From Mobula hypostoma (lineage: Eukaryota), in assembly GCF_963921235.1 (NCBI RefSeq), contig NC_086108.1, forward strand, positions 64,854,001-64,918,000: a stretch of DNA of 64,000 nt, given 5' to 3'. Below the pieces are notes generated by a model. That model was not told where the DNA came from, searched no databases, and saw nothing but the letters and a program-made list of their open reading frames with translations. The translations under genes were made by a program, and so were the position numbers. Positions 24,557 to 37,809 of this stretch are shown here, piece after piece (the first letter of the stretch is position 1; each line of letters begins with the position of its first letter).

Positions 24557-25771
24557 CAGCGGTCCCCAACCACCAGGCCGCGGACTGGTACCGGGCCGCA
24601 AAGCATGTGCTACCGGGCCGCGAGGAAACGATATGATTTGGCGATATGAGTCAGCTGCACCTTTCCCCATTCCCTGTCACGCCCACTGTTGAGCTTGAAC
24701 GCACGCGAGGTAATTTCGCACGCATCATCCATGTCCGCGCGGGAAAAAAATTAACTCCTCGAGCTTGCAAATGATGGTGGGCTGGAAGTATGTTTGACAC
24801 AACATCTCTGCTGGCATTCTGGATCAAAGTCAAGGCTAAATATCCTGAGATAGCCATGAAAGTACTGAAAACGTTGCTTCCATTTCCAACATATCTCTGC
24901 AATGAATGCAACGAAAACTAAATTGCGGAATAGACTGGACATAAGGAACCCCCTTCGACTATCGCTGTCTCCCATCACTCCTCGATGGGACCGTCTTGTT
25001 GCAGGGAAACAAGCCCAGGGCTCCCACTGATTCAGCGATATTGGTGTGTTGCAATGATTTTATATGTTCATACGGGGAAAATACGTGCTATGTGCTTAAT
25101 ATCCAAACATTACTTAAAATGTTATGATGCTATTGACTTATAAGTGACTTATATAACCATACAACAATTACAGCACGGAAACAGGCCATCTCTGCCCTAC
25201 TAGTCCGTGCCGAACGCTACTCTCACCTAGTCCCACTGACCTGCACTCAGCCCGTAACCCTGCATTCTTTTCCTGTCCATATACCTATCCAATTTTTCTT
25301 TAAATGATAATATTGAACCTGCCTCTACCACTTCTACTGGAAGTTCGTTCAACACTTACTTCAAACCCCCCTGTCCTCCCCTGATAATTGACTTATCACT
25401 ATATTCATGTGAGGAAAATGTGTGTTGTGTGTTTAATATTAAATTCATTAGATAAACCCTTTTAGAAACGAAATTGAGTGTATTAGCCACTTATCACCTA
25501 TATTCCGGTTGTGATTAACACCCCCTCCCCTCCCAAACAGAATTGCCAAGAACGATTTGTAGAAAAAAATCAGCACGTACACGCATGCGCACTGGTGCCT
25601 GCGCAAGGCTTCATAGTCATGGTATTCTTTCTCGGGGTTAACACAGCGTATTTAATGGCTACTCTTGTCCGTTGGCAACCCTACCCCCCCCCGCCCCCCA
25701 AGTCGGCTGGTCCACAAGAATATTGTCAATATTAAACCAGTCCGCAGTGCAAAAAAGGTTGGGGACCCCTG
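24557..25771 (+). mobile_element. Non-autonomous hAT Charlie/Buster element with transposase C-terminal remnant
   Basis: TIRs CAGCGGTCCCCAACC...GGTTGGGGACCCCTG; 8-bp TSD ctctagga/ctctaggg. 24755-25030 encodes a frameshifted hAT dimerisation domain (FWIKVKAKYPEIA..LLPFPT..KTKLRNRLD..QAQGSH*). Confidence 0.9.
25165..25355 (-). mobile_element. CR1 3'-end fragment inside the Charlie element
   Basis: acagcacggaaacaggcc...tagtcccactgacctgcact...cctgtccatatacctatcc...gcctctaccact is a reverse CR1 tail. Confidence 0.7.
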
Positions 25772-26314
25772 CTCTAGGGTCAAGAATTATAAAGATTCAC
25801 AGCCCTATGAGAGAAGATTATTTTCTTCATTCCTGTCCTTGTGTTGTACCTAACACATATCTTGGATACTGCTGAAGTATTAAGCTTCACATAAAATAAT
25901 TGTTAGAGGATGCAAGAGTTTGCAGCTTTGAACAACTCTTAAAAGTTCGGAGCTCCCTATATGTGGTGCTTACATCATATATGTGTGCATATTAAACATA
26001 TACAAATGATGATGTGTCTGCATTCTCCTACATACACAATACACCATTATCTCAAATGGCAAATCCCTTATTTTGAGAATGTAACTTCATGTTATGACAC
26101 AGCATATAACGAACGGCCAAATGAATTAACTTCTTCATGTAGTGCATCTCTTAGGAATGTAACACAATAATTATATTCCGAAGAAGTGTCATGTTATTGA
26201 AAATTATGATATATCAGAAAAAGCCTTCAATGCACAAATTTAAACAAGTTTTCCGATCGAGATTGCATTAATTCAAATGTGGCCTCATAGTACATACCGC
26301 ATAATACTTAGTAG

Positions 26315-26405
26315 ACCTGAGGAAGGGTCTCAGCCTAAAATGTCAATTGTTTGTTATGTCCATGGATGCTGCCTGATCTGTTGAGTTCCTCCTGCATGTT
26401 GTGTA
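26315..26405 (+). mobile_element. Penelope-like terminal repeat with hammerhead-like core
   Basis: CTGAGGA-AGGGTCTCAGCCT-AAAA-TGTC, then gatgctgcctgatctgttgagttcctcc. Confidence 0.7.
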
Positions 26406-27059
26406 TTTTAATACAAATAGTGTTCTCTAATCTATTAATTATGTTTTAACCAACTCAAGTCATGGAAGTGCATGTTATAACAGAACTGCGACCTGTATTC
26501 TCATTTGTATTCAGCCAGAGAAAGTACCTTCTTAGTATCTACCATGATAGGCTGCTTAGGAAATTTTACAAACTTCATTGAAGTCCGTTTCTTCTATAGT
26601 CAAGGATATACAAACCTTGTAAGGTAAGTCTGTGGAACCAAATTCAAAAGGGGAGTAGATGCACATATACAACTATTTAATGCATTTAATACCACAAACC
26701 AGTGATGAGTTTATAGCAAAATTATTTTCTCTGTTTGAACCTAACTAAAAGACTATGTCTCAGGGGTTTTCAGTCGAAACGTCAAACATCCTGGACTGAG
26801 ATGGCTTGTAGGCAATACTAATTTTTCAAATCTAATATGCAAACATTCTTTATGCAATAATATAACTTGATATTGTGTTTTTCTCTTGTAGTACCAAAGT
26901 CCTTTGAGAAATTATGTTCCTTTATTAATGCTATTCTTACAGAATACCCAAATTTGGTGCAGACTTGCAGGGTTACCCATTGCAATGTCAATGAAATGTT
27001 AAATATTCTAGAAGTTAATTTTACAGAGGATTTGATGATATTACAATATTGGTAACACA

Positions 27060-30000
27060 GTATACAGGGTAAGGTACCGTAAATGATCTTGTAACACAGT
27101 TAGAGATTGGCAGATATGATGTTGTGGGCGTCATTTAGTTGTGGCTGAAAGAAGACTATACTGTAGCCGGGAGCATAACATCCAAGGATACACTTTGTAT
27201 CAAAAGGACAGACAATTAGGCAGAGGGGTTGGAGAGGCTCTGTTAAAAAATGAAATCAAATCCTGAGAAAGAGGTGATATAGGATTAGAAGATGTAAAAT
27301 CCTTGTCCATAGAGTGAAGAAATTGCAAGGGTAAAATAACCCTGATGGGAGTTATATGCAGGCTTCTGAACAGTAACCAGTATGTGGGCTACAAATTACA
27401 GCTGGAGGTAGAAAAGACCTGTTAAAAGGGCAATGTTACAATAGTCATGGGGGATTTTAATATGGAGGTGGTTTGGGAAAATCAGGTGGGGTGCTGCATC
27501 CTGAGGGAGAGAACTTGTAGAATGCCTACGAGATGGCTTTTTAGAGCTTTGTGTGGTTGAGCCCACAAGGGGAAAGGCTATTTTGGATTGGGTATTGTGT
27601 AATGAACCAAGTTTGAGAGCTTAAGGTAAAGGAATCCTTAGGAAAGTGATCATAATATCATAGAATTCACCCTACAATTTGAGAGGGAGAAGATAAATTG
27701 ACTGTATCAATATTACAGTGGAGTAAAGCAAATTACAGAAGCATGAGAGAGGAGCTGGCCAAAGTGTATTGGAAGGGGACACTAGCAAGGATGACACACG
27801 GGCCACAATGGCAGGAGTTTCTGGGAGCAATTCGGAAGGCACAGGATAGATACATCCCAAAAAAGAAGTAGCATTCTAAAGGCAGGATGACACAACCGTG
27901 ACTGACAAGGGAAGTCAAAGACAGCATAAAAGGTAAAGAGAGAATGTATAATAGAAGGTATTCTAGCCAATAATATCAAAGAGCATACCAAAAAGTTTTT
28001 CAGATATATAAAAAGTAAAAGAGAGATAAGAGCAGATATTGGAACCATGGAAAATGATGTTGTAGAGGTAGCAATAGTGGACAAGGAAACAGCAGACAAC
28101 TGAATAAAGATTTTGCTGGGGAAGACACTAGCAGTATGCTGGAAGTTCAAGAGTGTTGGAGGTAGAAGTGAATCGGTAGCTGTTACGAGGGAGAAGTGCT
28201 TGGAAAGCTGAAGGGTCTGAAGGTGGATAAGTCACTTGGACCTGATGGACAAAACCCCAGGGTTCTGAAAGGGGTAGCTGAAGAAATTGTGGAGACATTA
28301 GCTATAAGCTTTCAAGAATCACTAGATTCTGGCATGGTTTCGGAGGACTGGAAAATTGAATGTCACTTCATTATTCAAGAAGGCAGGGAGGCAGAAGAAA
28401 GGAAATTATAGGCCTGTTATCCTGACCTCAGTGCTTGGGAAGATGTTGAAATTGATTGTTAAGGATGCGGTCTCAGGGTACTTGAAGGCACATGATAAAA
28501 TAGGCCAATGTCAGAATGGTTTCCTGTAGTGGAAATTGTACCTGACAAATCTGTTGGAATTCCTTGAGGAAATAACAGACAAGGTAGACAAAGGAGAGTC
28601 AGTGGATGTTGTGTACTTGGGTTTTCAGAAGGCCTTTGACAAGCTGCCACACACGAGGCTGCTTAACAAGATATGTGCCCATGGTATTACAGGAAGGATA
28701 TTAGCATGGATAGTGGATTGGCTGATAGGCAGGAGGCAAAGAGTGGGAATAATGGGATCCTTTTCTGGTTGGCTGCCAGTGACTAGTGTTGTTCCACACC
28801 GGTCAGTGTTGGGACTGTTCCTTTTTACGTTATATGTCAATGATTTAAATGATGGATTTTGATGGGTTTATAGCCAAGTTTGTGGACAATACAAAGATAG
28901 GTGGAGGGGCAGGTATTGTTGAATAAGCATGGAGGCTGCAGATGAACTTAGAGTGATAAGGAGAATATAGAAAGAGGTGGCAGATTGAATACAATGTCAG
29001 GAAGTGTATGGTCATGCACTTTGGTAGAAGAAATATGAGCATAGAATATTTTCTAAATGGAGAGAAAATTCAAAAATTCAAAAATGAGGACTTGGGAGTC
29101 CTCATACAGGATTTCCTTAAGATTAAGTTGATGATGAGGAAGGCAAATGCAATACAAGTTTCCCCTGCCATCCGAAGATAGAGCGTTCCTATGAAACGGT
29201 TCGTAAGCCGGAATGTCGTAAAGTGAAGAAGCAATTACCATTTATTTATATGGGAAAAATTTGTTTGCATTCGCAGACCCAAAAATAACATATCAAATCA
29301 TGCCAAATAACACATAAAACCTAAAATAACAGTAACATATAGGAAAAGCAGGAATGATATGATAAATACACAGCCTCTATAAATTAGAAATACTACTCTA
29401 CAACGATTGCCTGCACTGTTCTCCGTAGCGAAAATCTCACGCAAGCGCTGTTGGCAAAAACACTCTCTCTAGTAACCTTTAGGCTATGAAGCTGCCAAAT
29501 CATACCAGATAACACGTAAAAATACACAGCCGATATCAAGTAGAAATAATGTATGTACAGTGTAGTATCACTTACTGGAATTGGGACAGCGCCGAGCACA
29601 CTGATGATGGTGTGTTCGGCTCAGTTGTCGAAGGTCGAGGTTCGTCGTCTGCTGTGGCTGATGTGGAAGGCTTGCTTGTCTGCTGAGCCTCGCACATTAT
29701 TCTATCATACAGTTCTTTGTAAGGACTCAAACCATCTTGCAAAGATGCCCTAAACCTACGTACCCTTTCAAAATTAAAGTCGTACTTTATCATTACTCAT
29801 TCGGTTTCAATTGTTATCCTTTCCTCTTCCAATTGCATCAGCTGTTCATCTATCAGTTCTTGTCATGGGATGCCAAAACCTCTACAACATCATCTTCATC
29901 AACTTCCACAAGCCAAACTCACTTTGTCCTTACTTCGTTCATCACGATCAAAACACTTAATTATGTCTAGTTTTACGCTATGTGTAACACCCTTACGAGC

Positions 30001-30890
30001 TCTTTTAGGCTTTTCCGATACCTTAGAACTCATCTTGCTAATGGCTGCTCACAGACATGTGTTTAAGCAATGTCAGCGAGAATGCAGTTTCGAATCCAAG
30101 GAGAGCGGCTGCTTTTTAAAAGTTTTTTTTTTCGCGCGCTGCTTTTTTTCGTAACAGTGAAAACACCTTCTGTTAGCGAAAACAGGGTACTAATGTAGGT
30201 CTTTCGTACAGTGAGGTTTCGTAAAGCAAACGTTCGAAAAGCGGGGGACACCTGTATTACCATTCATTTCATGAGGACCAGAATATAAACGCAAGATGTA
30301 TTATTGAGGCTTTATAGGCACTGGTGAGGCCTCACGTGGAGTATTGTGAGCAGTTTGGGCCCCTTATCTTAGAAAGGATGTGCTGACTTTGGAGAGAGTT
30401 CCAAGGAAGCTCACGAGAATGATTACATGAATGAAAGGGTTATCATATGAAGAATGTTTGATGGCTCAGGGCCTGTACTCAATGTAATTTAAAAGAATGA
30501 GGGGAGACCTCATTGAAATCTATTGCGTGTTGAAATACATAGATAGTGTTGATGTGGAGAGGGTGTTTCTGATAGTGGGGGAGTCTCAAACCAGAAACCA
30601 GAGCCTTGGAATAGAACAACATCCATTTAGAATGGAGATGAGGAGAAATATCTTTAGCAGAGGGTGGTCAATCTGTTGAATTCATTCCCACTGGCATCTT
30701 CGGAGGCCAGATAATTGGGTGTATTTAAAGTGGAGGTTGATAGGTTCTTGATTAGTCAGGGTGTGTAAGGTTACAGAGAAAGGGCAGGAAAATGGGGTTG
30801 AGAGGGAAAATGGATCAGCCATGATAAAATGGCAGAGCAGACTTGATGGGCCAAATAGCCTAATTCTGCTCTTATGTCTTATGGTCTTAT
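27060..30890 (+). mobile_element. CR1 LINE ORF2 (APE plus RT) pseudogene with 3' UTR, split by a Tigger element
   Basis: VMGDFN endonuclease motif, GPDG, YLGFQKAFDKLPH and RPHVEYC; 3' end ctgctcttatgtcttatggtcttatg. Confidence 0.9.
29155..30254 (-). mobile_element. Tigger/pogo internal-deletion derivative
   Basis: TA TSD (29153-29154 and 30255-30256); TIRs CAAGTTTCCCCTGC / GCGGGGGACACCTG. Minus strand has an HTH-like N-terminus MSSKVSEKPKRARKGVTHSVKLDIIK and a C-terminus FERVRRFR..LSPYKELYD. CR1 flanks rejoin across it. Confidence 0.85.
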
Positions 30891-31459
30891 GCTGACAAAA
30901 ACTACTAATCTAAAACATACAAATTTTTTGTATTGCAGTCCCACAATGCTGCACATTATTGTCATGTTTTATCTTTGCTCACAGCTTGTAAAAGAGTGTC
31001 ATAAGAAATCTGACTATGGTCTGGCAAAACTCCAACATTTTGAAAAAGCATTCAACTAATTATTTGTAACTGATTGTAACATAGCACATTTGTAAGGTGT
31101 TAGATTAATCTTGTAACCAAAACTATGTTCAACCAAATTGACATGATGCCAGACCATACTGAGATCTGTATGATGCTGCCTTTGGCTTTAACAATGTAGT
31201 TTTGATTTCAAAAGTGTTGAAGAGCTCAAAGGTATTGGCTACTTTTGTAAAACAATTTTTTTTAAAACTTTAGCCTTTGTTTCTTTATGTTCATTCAATT
31301 CCTTTTGCTGCAGACCTTGAAAACATCTAATGCAACCATTACAAATTGAATTGGAATTATTTAGTTTTTGATCTTTTATTCTTATTTAAGTACTTGTCCA
31401 AACCAAGGTGATCCATCAATTATTGTATCCTCGGTGAAGCAGAATCTGTAGAAAGAAAA

Positions 31460-31750
31460 ATTAGCATTTATCAGGTGCCTCACATTGTCCTTCCTGCATG
31501 CCCCAAGGAGTATAAGAGCTAATGAACTACCTTAGACAAGTAGTCACCATTTAAATGTAGAAAACATGGCGGCCAATTTGTATATAACAAACTCCCGTAA
31601 ACAGTATTACAGTAAGGACCAAATTATTCATTTTTAGTGATATTGAGTGAGACTGAAGCAACCTCCTGCTTTCCTGCAAAAATATTTAATGATCTATATT
31701 CACTTGACACTGCAAATGGGTTTAACATCTCTTCAGAAAGATAATACTCC
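31460..31750 (-). mobile_element. Old elasmobranch SINE (SacSINE/Deu-type, tentative)
   Basis: gtagtcacc..aatgtag.aaacatggcggccaatttg...cctcctgct...tttaacatctc.tc.gaaaga pattern; family name recalled, not verified. Confidence 0.55.
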
Positions 31751-31759
31751 AGGAGACTG

Positions 31760-32015
31760 GAGTAGGATTGGGCGAGTTGGTCAATTGAGTCTGCTCTGTC
31801 ATTCCATCGTGGCTGCTTTATTTATCCTCTCAACTCCATTTTACTACCTTCTCCCCACGAACATTGACAGGTGAATAAGAATCTAACTGTCTCGGCTTAA
31901 AATATATCCAATGAATTGGCCTCCATAACCACCTGTTGCAATGAATTCCACAAATTCACCACCCTCTGGCTAAAGAAATTTTTTCTCATCTCTCTTCTAA
32001 AGGCATATTCTTCTA
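31760..32015 (-). mobile_element. CR1 3' tail fragment
   Basis: gaattccacaaattcaccaccctctggctaaagaaatt..tctcatctc, as at 50940-51000. Confidence 0.75.
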
Positions 32016-32104
32016 TTCGCTCTATTTTCAAGCCAAAACCTTTGTCCTAAAATTTCTTGCCATCTCTTAAATTGTCAAAATTACTGTAAAACTGTCTACT
32101 CACA

Positions 32105-33180
32105 TAGACAATGAATTGCAGGGCCCTGGGGAGTTGAATAGATAGACCTAGAAGGACAGCCATATAGCCCTCAGAAAGAGACAACATGGTTAAACAAGGT
32201 GATGATGAAGGCATATGGCATGCTTGCTTTCATCAACTGTGGCTTTGAGTTGAAGATTTAGGACATCATGTTACATACAAAATGTTAATTAGATTGCACT
32301 TGGAGCAATAGGAAGGATGTGATTAAGCCAGAGATGGTTGCCTGGATTTGAGTTATAAGGAGAGATTAGATTGAGTGACACAAGCTGGGAAATGACGAAT
32401 GGACAAGGGAGTTGTGTAGGGAGCGATCCCTGCGGAATGCAGAGAGAGGGGGGCAGGGAAAGATGTGCTTAGTGGTGGGATCCCGTTGGAGGTGGCGGAA
32501 GTTACGGAGAATAATATGTTGGACCCGGAGGCTGGTGGGGTGGTAGGTGAGGACCAGGGGAACCCTATTCCTAGTGGGGTGGTGGGAGGATGGAGTGAGA
32601 GCAGATGTACGTGAAATGGGGGCGATGCGTTTAAGAGCAGAGTTGATAGTGGAGGAAGGGAAGCCCCTTTCTTTAAAAAATGAAGACATCTCCCTCGTCC
32701 TAGAATGAAAAGCCTCATCCTGAGAGCAGATGCGGCGGAGATGGAGGAATTGCAAGAAGGGGATGGTGTTTTTGCAAGAGACAGGGTGAGAAGAGGAATA
32801 GTCCAGATAGCTGTGAGAGTCAGTAGGCTTATAGTAGACATCAGTGGATAAGCTGTCTCCAGAGACAGAGACAGAAAGATCTAGAAAGGGGAGTGAGGTG
32901 TCGGAAATGGACCAGGTAAACTTGAGGGCAGGGTGAAAGTTGGAGGCAAAGTTAATAAAGTCAACAAGTTCTGCATGCGTGCAGGAAGCAGCGCCAATGT
33001 AGTCGTCGATGTAGCGAGGAAAAGTGTTGTTGGCAGGTATATTTACATTGTTTAAAAGATATTTGGACGTTCATAAATAGGAAGGGTTTAGGGGAATATG
33101 GTATTGATTCAGCTAAGCATCTAGGCATGGATGAGTTGAGCTGCAGGACATGTTTCCATGCTGGATATCTTTATGAATCT
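32105..33180 (+). mobile_element. Decayed CR1 fragment hosting a Penelope insertion
   Basis: aaggcatatggcatgcttgctttcatc...agttataaggagagattag before the insert; CR1 3' UTR after 33030. Confidence 0.6.
32385..33025 (-). mobile_element. Penelope-like element RT fragment
   Basis: Minus-strand LRYIDDYIG catalytic motif near 32995-33020 and thumb/linker QFLHLRRICS...FFKERGFP...RVPLVLTYHP. Confidence 0.9.
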
Positions 33181-33682
33181 AACTAGAGCCAATGTGTAAT
33201 CCAATCTGCCTATGACCCCCACACATTCTGGAAGGAAATGAAAGTTACTGTGGGCAGTACTTGTATATTTCAGTGACAGTAACTGATCAGAGCAGAGGTC
33301 ATTAACTTGGTTTAGTTTTTAGCGAAATGTAGGATAGCAGAAATAGGTGTAGGGGAGAGGGCTCCATGGCTTTGAGGTGAGCTGGATGTTGGGACCTAAA
33401 TGAGAGATACAAGTTAAAAAAGAGGTAAATATTGAAGATGAAGATGAAAAAAAGAGATACATATTGAAGACGAAGATGAAAAATATTGCATTATGCTTTA
33501 AAACTAAGTTATTGTTTATGCTTACAGAAGCACTTGAAAAATTGTCCTTTGTGTTCAAGTACTTGTATGTGATAAGCATGATGGAGGGAAACTGTTTGAT
33601 GTTGTAGTTTACTGGGATACCACATACATATTTAGATCTTTCCAGTGGATTTGTAATCGAAATACAACAAAGACTGAAATCT

Positions 33683-34108
33683 TTTCCTTTTTAAATCTTT
33701 TTATTAATTTTCCAAAGTTATAAACAGAATAACAATGTTGATACAGAGAGTTTAGAATAATCTTATTGTTGATAAACATGTACAAAAAAGACTTCAAATA
33801 ATACAGGTGTAATAGACTTCCAGACTCTTAATATAGTTAATCATAGAGATAAAAGAAATAAAAAGAAAAAAAATGCAAGAAAATGCCCCCAAAAAAACAG
33901 AAAAAAATAAAACTAAATATTAAACCCAAAAAGAAAGCAAACCGAACAAAACAAGGCTAGACCAATATCTTAAATCAAGTACATTCAATAATGTTGTCAA
34001 CTCCACTCCTCTATTCGTATATTTTAAGTTAATAAAAAGGATTTGGAAAAGGTCAAATTACATCATATGAAAATGTTGAATAAATGGTTTCCAAGCCTCT
34101 TTAAAGTT
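33683..34108 (-). mobile_element. 5'-truncated L1/Tx1-type LINE 3' end
   Basis: Perfect 14-bp TSD aaagactgaaatct (33669-33682 and 34109-34122). Minus-strand ORF end NFKEAWKPFIQHFHMM*, then T-rich UTR, AATAAA and A-rich tail. Confidence 0.8.
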
Positions 34109-34219
34109 AAAGACTGAAATCTAAGGTCAATTCTTAAATTGTTGATTCAGACATTAATGTAGCATGTGAGAAATGTATCATCAATATGATGAGTCCATCA
34201 AAAGTGAATGAATTAACTG

Positions 34220-35005
34220 CTTCCAGTGAGATGGCAGCACGCTTCCATGCAATGGCATCTACAGGGCCAACCAAAGGTGTTATTGTCTTTTTTAAGCATA
34301 TTTGTTATGATCACTAGACCCTACGGGTCATTAAGAAGTTAAAATACTGCAGGTTTACGTCATCAGTGAGCTGTTCATTGGCAGAGAAACTGAAGGACCT
34401 GGACTTGGTTCAGTTCCTGCTTCTGCCAGTGTCAGAGAGGCATTGGTGCACAAAGGCAGTGACCAGTCTAACAGTGAGCGATTGTATTAGTCGCATTTCT
34501 TGTGATCGCAACACCCTGCTGGACATTGATGATGTGGGATGCTGCATTTCTGATTCACTGTGTTATTGGCAAACAGCAAGTGAACTGCATAGTCTTGGTC
34601 TCAGCAAGGACTTGGGCCTCAAACCGTGGTGTCGCCTCTTTGCAGATGCCGGCAGGAGAGAGGTACTGGAGCCAGTACACTCCACTGGATTGCCAGAGAC
34701 ATGGTGGCACAGCATCCATGCCAGAGTTGGTCCTGTCTCCCCAGTGTTCGCTAAGAAGTAAACAAAATGTATTTTGTTTGACTGCAGACTGCTGCAACTT
34801 TCATGGACTCAGGGAGTTAGACTATATTTTTTTTATGTGTGACTGTACTTTACTGCTGTGTTATATGCACTATGTGTGCCTTGTGCTGTGAATGACTGTT
34901 GGTGCTGTTTTGCACCTTGGCCCCAGAGTATAATTGGTACTGTTTCATTTGGCTGTATTCATGGGTATTCATGTATGGTTGAATGACAGTTGATCTTGAA
35001 CTTGC
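34220..35005 (+). mobile_element. Unclassified non-coding retroposon-like repeat
   Basis: Starts near gagatggc and ends ttgaatgac...cttgaacttg, a tail type seen in LINE-mobilised elements. No coding homology seen. Confidence 0.4.
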
Positions 35006-36139
35006 ATTTAGTTTCTGCAATCATGCTGATGAGTAACTACAAACGTTTGTAAATCTCTGACTTTTAAGTTGATCAGCTAGTTACTTTAGCCCTATTTTCA
35101 CATTTTTGTTTTCAAAATTTTTAATTATTGCTGTCTATTAACTCAAAAACGGGAAGCAATTTTCTATCAGCACTCTGATCTGGGCAGGGATTCTGCTGCC
35201 TTTTATTGTTTGGGCAGTGATAATTGTTCCCTGTTCAGAAACGCTCTGTCTCTAACTGCTATCATTGAAATCCTCCATAATTTCTTCAGGTCAAAGAACA
35301 GTCAACCATGACCACGGCAGTTAAAAGGTTATCCTGATTTAAGTTGTCAAAATCATTCCTTTTCATTTTCTTCACTGAGTGATCAGTCCCTTCCTTAGCA
35401 TTTAATAACCAGAAAAATGTAGGCACAAGGTGTTTTTGGATTTGCGTATCTACTAGACCCATCTCTTCTCAATTATGCAGCGCTCTGGCTGAAATAACAA
35501 TACAATGTATGCAGTTTGTAATACAGTTGCTGCAGTTTTGTAAGGGTGAAGTGCATTTTAGAGGATTCTTGCTGCCACCAACAGTACAGTAATTGTGCTG
35601 TAGCTCAGTTGTTTCAAAAGCCATTGCAATTTAAAAGCATTTCTATCAAAGGAGAAATCAAAGAATGCATCCTTTGGCTTAACAGTCAGTTTGTTTCATT
35701 TAAATGTGTAAACAAATCACCAGTGCTACATAGAATGATCAGGCACATAAAAACGTTAAAATTGTTCTGTGCACCACTTAAATTTGTTGCTGAACCAATT
35801 CATGTGAAATTATGCAATGCACTAATTTTATAGTCATTAATTTTTTAAGGTAGCTGAAAGATGATGTTAGTGTCATTAAGGATAGGTTGTGATGGCTTTT
35901 TTAAAAACAAATATAATGAAACTGAATGAAACAAGATTTACTTACCTTCAGTGGTGGCCTTACAAAAAGATCAAAATGTGTTGATTGGACCATTATATTG
36001 TAAGAGATCTGGTGGTTATAAATGCTGAGAGCATGCAATCTGAGCAAGATGTTGAATGTAAAGTGCAATTATCAGCAACGGAATGGAAAAGTTATGGTAA
36101 ATAAAGGGGATCCCTGATATGAAGAAGAAATGATGTCAC

Positions 36140-37290
36140 TGAACATTACAGCACAGACATTTTGGCCTAACGAATCGAAGCTGGTGACATTGCCCATCCA
36201 GCTAGTCCCGATTTCCTGCTTTGGACTCATAGCCCTCTAAACCCCCACCACCTCCACTTACCTATGGAATAAACATAGGCCAGTACGGAACAATGCAGGC
36301 CCTTTGGTTCAAGAGCGTGTACTGTCACAAGGTGTCAGGTCCCAATGGTGTATCTGGCAGGGAACTGAAAACCTGTGCCTACTAATTGGCGGGAGTGTTC
36401 AAAGATATCTTCAATCTCTCACAGATGCATTTGGGGGTCTCCACCTGCTTCAAAAGGGCGACAATTATACCAGTGCCCAAGAAGACCAGGATAAGCTGCC
36501 TCAATGACTATTGCCATCAAGATTGACCTTTCATAGTGTAGCACTTCACACTTCTCTGGACTCCATTACTACTTCTCAGCCCAGCTCTGCATCCTATCCA
36601 TGTTCCATTGTAACTTATGACAAACTTCTACACTATCTACAGCACCACCAACCTTTGTGTCATCTGCAACCTTACGAACCCATCCTCCCACTTCATCTTC
36701 CAAATCATTTATAAAAATCACAATGAGCAGGGGTTCCAGAACAGACCTCTGCAGAACATAATTAGTCATGGTCCTCCATTGCAGAATACACTTCATCAAC
36801 TACTACCTTCTGCCTTCTCTGGGCAAGCCAATTCTGAACTTAAGCAGCCAAATTTCCCTTGAACCCATTCCTTCTGACTTTCTGAATGAGCCTGCCATGG
36901 GGGAATGTTGTTGAATGCTTTGCTAAAATCCATATGCACCATATTCACTCTTCTATCATCATCAATTTGTTTTTTCACTTTGTCGAAAAGTTAGTCAAGC
37001 TCATAAGACACAGCCTGTCCATCACAAAATCATGCTGTCTATCCCTAATCAGAGTCTGTTTCTACAAATGTCCATAAATCCTACCTTTAAAAATCCCCTC
37101 CAATAGTTTCCCCACCACTGATGTAAGACTTGCTGGTCTAAATTTCCCAGGATTATCCCTATTATCTCTCTTGAACAAAGGAATAACATTTGCAATCCTT
37201 CCATCTTCTTTTACAAGTCCTGTGTGCATTGAGGACACAAAGAATTGCCAACAGCGCAGCAATTCTTCGCTCTTTTCCTATAATAGCCTA
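36140..37290 (-). mobile_element. Rearranged CR1 RT fragments with a short Rex1-like piece (~36300-36510, +)
   Basis: IFINDLEDEVGGWVRKVADDTKVGG, MDFSKAFN and GKFRPASLTSVVGKLLE on the minus strand. Confidence 0.8.
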
Positions 37291-37809
37291 GCGTATTAAA
37301 AAGAGAATAGATTGATATGACTACAGTTTAATAGAAAAGAACATGATGATAACATTTTTATATATTTTATCAGTCCCTTAATATGTAGGACCAAAAAATA
37401 ATTAATCAGATCTCTGAATGGCCCCTAAAATGAAAGCTGTAGTAAAAGACAAAGTATTTATTCAATATAAAGTATGTTAATCTGTGTCAAAACTTTTGAA
37501 ATGTCCAGGATAAATTAGCCAGTGAGTTCAACCAAAATTCCATGCTTGCAAAATCACCAGTCAAATGGCTAAATAAAAACCATTCTTTAGAATTACTTAT
37601 TAGATTATTAAAGAAGACGTGTACTAATGTAAAGGGCACAAAGTCAAAACAGGCCTATGAGACATCAGTGATATATTTCTAATGTATTAGACATCCATAA
37701 CTACCTGACTTAATGACTATTAGCTTTAAAACAAAACAACACTATCTGCTGTATGTATCTGATTAAGTTATAAGGTTAAATAAGGTTACCTTGTAAAGTT
37801 AAAAAGTGC

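Noticed and set aside
26740..26790. GAAACGTC as another hammerhead
   Set aside because: No correctly placed CTGANGA or stems upstream.
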